In this document: one piece after another, positions 27,327 to 32,000 of the stretch
Layout: each line of letters starts with the position of its first letter
Position numbering within the stretch: the first letter of the stretch is position 1
Source of the DNA: Thermococcus kodakarensis KOD1
GTDB taxonomy: Archaea > Methanobacteriota_B > Thermococci > Thermococcales > Thermococcaceae
Assembly: GCF_000009965.1 (NCBI RefSeq)
Contig: NC_006624.1
Location: forward strand, 390,001 to 422,000
Direction: 5' to 3'
DNA length: 32,000 bases
Position numbers and translations under genes: made by a program
Notes under the pieces: model-generated
The model's input: the letters and a program-made list of their open reading frames with translations, nothing else
What the model was told of the DNA's origin: nothing
Database searches by the model: none

Positions 27327-27935
27327 ATGAGGCTCGTTGGGAAGCACATAGAAATTGACGTGGACCCCAACGCCCCCACGTGCTTTCCATCTCCTATCCC
27401 GACCCTGATGAGAATTGACAGAAGGCTGATCATCGGCGGAATATTCAAATCCTCGGGATGCACTCCCTTGATGATGGATACAAACCTCCACGGCATGTTC
27501 CAGGACCTTCTCGACCTCTGCATCTCCTTTCTCGACCCCGACTTCGACGAGCAGGGGGAGATGGCGTATCCCAGAAGGGAGGCAAGAAAGTTGGGCTTTA
27601 AAATAGGGGACAGCACAAAGCTCTACCAGACGAGCCTCTTTGTGGACCAAGGGGTTACCACCGTGTTTTTTGAGCTCGTCGGGGAAAGGCTGAGGATTCA
27701 CTACCTCAACGAGCTTCTCGGATGGAGCGACTGCGAGGATGCCAGGAAAACACACAGGGGGACATTCGAGGTTCCCTTTTTGGAGTTCGCGGAGGACGTT
27801 TTAGTGCTCTCTAGGAGGTTCCTAACGGAGGTAGCACCCATTATTGAGGAGGTCTGTCCCGAGCTTGACGATCCCGAGTACCTGTGGAAGCTGTACCTTG
27901 AACTGAACGCAAGGTTGGTGGGGGAGGATGATTAA
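27327..27935 (+). CDS. immunity-like protein 6 (202 aa), GC-rich divergent member
   Basis: MRLVGKHIEIDVD, HGMFQDLLDLC, LGFKIGD, DCEDARKTHRGTFEVPFLEFAEDVLVLSRRFL share the family layout. About 58% GC in a spot count of 27481-27540. The track start 27297 (GTG) is less likely than ATG 27327. Confidence 0.55.
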   Translation: MRLVGKHIEIDVDPNAPTCFPSPIPTLMRIDRRLIIGGIFKSSGCTPLMMDTNLHGMFQDLLDLCISFLDPDFDEQGEMAYPRREARKLGFKIGDSTKLYQTSLFVDQGVTTVFFELVGERLRIHYLNELLGWSDCEDARKTHRGTFEVPFLEFAEDVLVLSRRFLTEVAPIIEEVCPELDDPEYLWKLYLELNARLVGEDD

Positions 27936-29181
27936 GTGGGCGAAAACCTACTGGAAGGGCGGAGTGGCATCTATCTCCCTCACACGGGGCGGAGACATGA
28001 TTGCTGCGGGGGTGGCGGAAAAGGAGCTGCATTTCTTGGCAGAATATGGCCCACGCAGGGTAATCCTCAGTGGGGGCTTCGTGGCAAGGCTCGGGAGAGA
28101 TGGAAGCCTCAAGTGGTTTAGAATCATCCCGAAGGTGACCATAACCGATGCTGAAGTTACTGGTAACGGGGAAGTGGTATTGGTGGGGGTAACGAGGGAA
28201 CCCCGCTCCATGATGCTGGGGGTGATCCTCAAATTCGATGGTAATGGAAACTTCCTGTGGGGCAGGAGGTTTAACGGAGGTGTGCTTGATAGCTTCAATG
28301 CCCTCACGACGACAAGAGACGGTGGAACTGTAGTTGTCGGCGAAACAAGAAGCTTCGGCGCGGGGGTCAGCGACGCCCTGGTCCTAAGGCTCGACGGAGA
28401 TGGAAACTTTGTCTGGTGGGGAACCTACGGCGGCAAGCTGTGGGACGGGGCAGAGTCCGTAGCTATCGACAGAGAAGGGAGGATAGTGGTTGCGGGCTAC
28501 ACATACAGCTTCAGTGAAGGCCCATCGAACGCGTGGCTCCTCTGGCTCGATAACGAGGGTGATGTTCTTCTGGGGAAGACGTACGGAACGGAGAGCCTGG
28601 AAAAGGCCGTTAAAATCGCGCTGACTCCTGAGGGTGACCCCGTGGTGGTCGGGAAAACCTACGTTCCAATAAAGTCCCGCCACGATGCCTGGGCCATCCG
28701 CCTGGACGGCGAGGGGGAACCTGAGTGGGGGCTGAGATTTCCTGGGATGGAAGCCGTCGACATTGCGGTAAGCCCCAGCGGTGATCTGGTTGTCGCCATG
28801 GAAGATTTTGAGCTGGCCGGAATTGGCTCCACAGGAGAACCCTTGTGGGGAGAAAGGCTAAAGCTGAAAATGGACGGTGGACTGAGAACAGTTTTGGCGG
28901 ATGAACACGTTCTCGTGGGAGGTGGAGCTCTCTGGGGAATCGGAGAAGCGTTCATCGCATCAATTCAGCCCGAAGGGGAACCTCCTGCTGTCCTTGACTG
29001 GAATCCTGAGGTGAAAGAAAGCGAGTGCACGGTTTTCAGGGCGTACGCTAACGGCGAGGCCTGCTTTAAGGCCACTCCCGTCGGAAGGTTCACCGAAGTG
29101 AGGCTAAAACCCGTGGAGTTCAAGCCAGATGTATTCAGCAGCTTCGAGGAGTTCGCAGAAAGCAGTTACGTTCGTCGTTGA
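27928..29181 (+). CDS. cytoplasmic 7-blade beta-propeller repeat protein with a ~70-aa C-terminal domain
   Basis: About seven 45-50-aa repeats with the pattern W..(T)YGG...D.a.sva...dG.ivvaG.T.Sf....dawll.lD..G...W. No signal peptide. The ATG overlaps the stop of immunity-like 6 by 8 nt (ATGATTAA). Confidence 0.65.
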   Translation: MIKWAKTYWKGGVASISLTRGGDMIAAGVAEKELHFLAEYGPRRVILSGGFVARLGRDGSLKWFRIIPKVTITDAEVTGNGEVVLVGVTREPRSMMLGVILKFDGNGNFLWGRRFNGGVLDSFNALTTTRDGGTVVVGETRSFGAGVSDALVLRLDGDGNFVWWGTYGGKLWDGAESVAIDREGRIVVAGYTYSFSEGPSNAWLLWLDNEGDVLLGKTYGTESLEKAVKIALTPEGDPVVVGKTYVPIKSRHDAWAIRLDGEGEPEWGLRFPGMEAVDIAVSPSGDLVVAMEDFELAGIGSTGEPLWGERLKLKMDGGLRTVLADEHVLVGGGALWGIGEAFIASIQPEGEPPAVLDWNPEVKESECTVFRAYANGEACFKATPVGRFTEVRLKPVEFKPDVFSSFEEFAESSYVRR

Positions 29182-29215
29182 AATGTCTGCGTTTCCATAT
29201 TCCCTCACGAATACC

Positions 29216-29222
29216 TTTAAAA
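29216..29222 (+). promoter_or_regulatory. TATA-box candidate for aspS
   Basis: CCTTTAAAAGG lies 31 nt upstream of ATG 29253, implying a very short leader. Confidence 0.4.
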
Positions 29223-29252
29223 GGTGCCCGCGACTCTTTCTGGGGGGTTGCC

Positions 29253-30569
29253 ATGTACAGGACGCACTACTCAAGCGAAATTACGGAGGAGTTGAACGGC
29301 CAGAAGGTTAAAGTCGCTGGCTGGGTCTGGGAAGTCAAAGACCTCGGCGGCATAAAGTTTCTCTGGATACGGGACAGGGATGGAATCGTCCAGATAACCG
29401 CTCCTAAGAAGAAGGTCGACCCGGAACTCTTCAAGCTCATTCCAAAGCTCAGGAGCGAGGATGTGGTTGCAGTTGAGGGAGTAGTTAACTTCACTCCAAA
29501 GGCCAAGCTGGGTTTCGAGATTCTGCCCGAGAAGATCGTTGTGCTGAACAGGGCCGAAACGCCTCTTCCGCTCGACCCGACAGGTAAGGTCAAGGCTGAG
29601 CTCGACACCAGGCTTGACAACCGCTTCATGGACTTAAGAAGGCCCGAGGTCATGGCCATATTCAAGATACGCTCAAGCGTCTTCAAAGCTGTGAGGGACT
29701 TCTTCCACGAGAACGGCTTCATTGAGATTCACACGCCCAAGATAATCGCTACCGCCACCGAGGGTGGGACGGAGCTCTTCCCGATGAAGTACTTCGAGGA
29801 GGACGCTTTCCTCGCTCAGAGTCCCCAGCTCTACAAGCAGATAATGATGGCCAGCGGTCTCGACAGGGTCTACGAGATAGCGCCGATATTCAGGGCAGAG
29901 GAGCACAACACAACGCGCCACTTAAACGAAGCATGGAGCATTGACAGCGAGATGGCCTTCATAGAGGACGAGGAGGAAGTCATGAGCTTCCTTGAGAGGC
30001 TTGTCGCCCACGCAATAAACTACGTCCGCGAGCACAACGCCAAGGAGCTCGATATACTCAACTTTGAACTTGAGGAACCCAAACTTCCCTTCCCGCGCGT
30101 GAGCTACGATAAGGCCCTTGAAATCCTCGGGGACCTTGGAAAGGAGATTCCCTGGGGAGAGGACATAGACACTGAAGGGGAGAGGCTTCTCGGAAAGTAC
30201 ATGATGGAGAACGAGAACGCTCCGCTCTACTTCCTCTACCAGTACCCGAGCGAAGCAAAGCCGTTCTATATAATGAAGTATGATAACAAGCCCGAGATAT
30301 GCAGAGCCTTCGACCTCGAGTACAGAGGAGTTGAGATAAGCTCCGGCGGCCAGAGGGAGCACAGGCACGACATCCTTGTTGAGCAGATCAAGGAGAAGGG
30401 CCTCAACCCAGAAAGCTTTGAATTCTACCTTAAGGCCTTCCGCTACGGCATGCCGCCCCACGGTGGCTTTGGACTCGGCGCCGAGAGGCTGATAAAACAG
30501 ATGCTCGACCTTCCGAACATCAGGGAGGTCATCCTGTTCCCGAGGGACAGGAGGAGGCTGACACCGTAA
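29253..30569 (+). CDS. aspS: aspartyl-tRNA synthetase, archaeal type (class IIb)
   Basis: 438 aa from MYRTHYSSEITEELNGQKVKVAGWVWEVKDLGGIKFLWIRDRDG (OB anticodon-binding domain). Class II motif 2 is FRAEEHNTTRHLNEAW and motif 3 is GGFGLGAERL. The track ORF's first 25 codons are an upstream extension. Confidence 0.95.
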   Translation: MYRTHYSSEITEELNGQKVKVAGWVWEVKDLGGIKFLWIRDRDGIVQITAPKKKVDPELFKLIPKLRSEDVVAVEGVVNFTPKAKLGFEILPEKIVVLNRAETPLPLDPTGKVKAELDTRLDNRFMDLRRPEVMAIFKIRSSVFKAVRDFFHENGFIEIHTPKIIATATEGGTELFPMKYFEEDAFLAQSPQLYKQIMMASGLDRVYEIAPIFRAEEHNTTRHLNEAWSIDSEMAFIEDEEEVMSFLERLVAHAINYVREHNAKELDILNFELEEPKLPFPRVSYDKALEILGDLGKEIPWGEDIDTEGERLLGKYMMENENAPLYFLYQYPSEAKPFYIMKYDNKPEICRAFDLEYRGVEISSGGQREHRHDILVEQIKEKGLNPESFEFYLKAFRYGMPPHGGFGLGAERLIKQMLDLPNIREVILFPRDRRRLTP

Positions 30570-30632
30570 GGCCTTTATACTTTTCACCATTTAAACTGAT
30601 AGCCAGCAACATAAACCTGCGGAGGTTGGAAA

Positions 30633-32000
30633 ATGAGGAAACTCCTGGCTTTAATTTTGGGGATTGTTTTAATGGTTTCAGGTGGAATTACGTCTAATAA
30701 GGGCATTGTCCGCGCTGAAGAAACTAATTATGCAACCGTTGGGCCGTCCGTTCAGCTTAATCTAGGAGATTCTGTAACCCTTGGTGAGTACACTATCAAG
30801 TTCTCGGACATCAGCGTTGATTATAGCCAGGTTTCTCTGACGATTCAGGGGCCGACAGGGGCACCTTCAACTATAATAGTTCCCGAGGGCTCTAACGCGT
30901 ACTATCCCAACAGCAAGAACCCCAAGCTAGTATTTGGAGCGGCTGTATGGACCAAAGACAAAAAGCCGCTCCTGTACCTTGACATAAAGTCCCCACTCAA
31001 AAAGGTAAACGGCGACCCGTTGATACTTTCCGCAGGAAAGAGCTACACCCTCCCAGTGGGTACAATAAAAGTCTATAAAGTCACTTCCACAGAGGTAACT
31101 TTCACGATTTACCTCCCGAACAATCCATCTAAGAGCATCACCCTCAAGGAAGGTGAAAGTGGGGGAGTTGCCTACGCATTCCCGAACACGGACTTCAAGT
31201 ACTACGACTTCGTCTATGTTGAGCTCCTTGACATTACACCTGGAAAATCAGCGAAGTTCAACGTCTACATGCCGGCAGTTCCCGCTACAAAGATATCAGT
31301 GAGCCGCGCGGGGGGCTCGAGCTCAAGCTCGGGCTCGGGAACATCAACAACCCAAACCCTCATATCCCTGTACGATGGTCTCCTCTACACGAACGAAAAG
31401 CTGACCATCACCCAGAACAAGACCAAGTACGAGCTACAGCTCGTTTCGGCCGTCTCCACGAAGGCCAGTATAAAGGTCTACAAGGACGGCAAGGCACTAG
31501 ACACTTACATAATCAGCATAGGTGCCATTAAGGACATCCCAAACACTCCCCTGAAAGTTTTGATATCGAAATCTGAACCGCAGTATGGAAGGGTGTCCCT
31601 AACGGTATATGGCCCGGAGGACGCAAAGGCGACGCCGATTCTTAGGCCGGCAACCATAGTGGCCTCGATAGACACCGTTCCAAAGACCGTCATGGTTGGA
31701 CAGGACATGGTTATCATAGTAACGGTCGAGAACAAAGGCAAAGGCGATGCCTACGATGTTAACGTCGCAGCCCCAGTTCCGAACGGCTTCAAACTCGTTA
31801 GCTCAGTCAAGAGCTGGACGTTTAAGAGCTTTCCTGCATTCACAAAGATGCCCGCTTTAATATACGTTCTCCAGCCCACAAAGGTCGGAAAGTTCGATAT
31901 TGGAAGGGTGATGGTAACCTACTACGATGATCAGAGCCTTGAAACTGGCAAGCAGAAGACCATATACTCCCAGCCCCTCAGCGGCATCATCGTGTACGGA
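30633..32000 (+). CDS. secreted S-layer-like / CARDB(DUF11)-repeat surface protein, 5' part; open to the right edge
   Basis: ATG 30633 follows GGAGGTTGG. Signal-like MRKLLALILGIVLMVSGG. Ser/Gly/Thr linker GGSSSSSGSGTSTTQT. CARDB-like VGQDMVIIVTVENKGKGDAYDVNVAAPVPNGF. It is in frame for 456 codons to position 32000, and is absent from the track because it has no stop. Confidence 0.65.
   Translation, partial: MRKLLALILGIVLMVSGGITSNKGIVRAEETNYATVGPSVQLNLGDSVTLGEYTIKFSDISVDYSQVSLTIQGPTGAPSTIIVPEGSNAYYPNSKNPKLVFGAAVWTKDKKPLLYLDIKSPLKKVNGDPLILSAGKSYTLPVGTIKVYKVTSTEVTFTIYLPNNPSKSITLKEGESGGVAYAFPNTDFKYYDFVYVELLDITPGKSAKFNVYMPAVPATKISVSRAGGSSSSSGSGTSTTQTLISLYDGLLYTNEKLTITQNKTKYELQLVSAVSTKASIKVYKDGKALDTYIISIGAIKDIPNTPLKVLISKSEPQYGRVSLTVYGPEDAKATPILRPATIVASIDTVPKTVMVGQDMVIIVTVENKGKGDAYDVNVAAPVPNGFKLVSSVKSWTFKSFPAFTKMPALIYVLQPTKVGKFDIGRVMVTYYDDQSLETGKQKTIYSQPLSGIIVYG

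Noticed and set aside
29922-30590. 222-aa minus-strand ORF antisense to aspS, plus the 25-codon upstream extension of aspS (29178-29252)
   Set aside because: aspS is unambiguous on the plus strand. The extension lacks homology, and a TATA-like box sits inside it. ATG 29253 gives the expected 438-aa archaeal AspRS.

Overview
This is a euryarchaeal, Thermococcales-type chromosome segment. Gene content and order are: reverse gyrase with an intein, a 264-aa TrmB-like protein, a fused Hps-Phi, and a 438-aa archaeal AspRS. From memory, not a search, this matches Thermococcus kodakarensis around TK0470-TK0492. The left edge holds the end of a minus-strand type I cas operon (cas6, a CXXC_CXXC Cst1-type large subunit, and the first 46 codons of cas7). 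No CRISPR array lies in the window. Next come an ADP-forming acetyl-CoA synthetase beta subunit and a membrane-anchored DUF4139-like protein. A low-GC gene follows, encoding a 1068-aa surface protein with a lectin-like domain, a Thr-rich stalk and a CGP-CTERM anchor. After it come a SWIM zinc-finger protein and reverse gyrase (1711 aa, including a 489-aa LAGLIDADG intein two residues before the catalytic Tyr). Then come a TrmBL2-like protein, a three-gene minus-strand operon, and a six-gene translationally coupled operon headed by hps-phi that includes a degenerate FtsZ-fold protein. The most interesting region is 21.9-27.9 kb. It holds one full-length signal-peptide/TM protein whose last 115 codons recur downstream as two start-less cassettes and one 46-codon stump. 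These are interleaved with six paralogous ~200-aa genes. This layout is the hallmark of polymorphic toxin/immunity loci with orphan cassettes, and I cannot assign either domain to a named family. It is followed by a translationally coupled 7-blade beta-propeller protein, aspS, and a partial S-layer-like gene that runs off the right edge. I saw no rRNA, tRNA, C/D-box sRNA or CRISPR repeats by eye.
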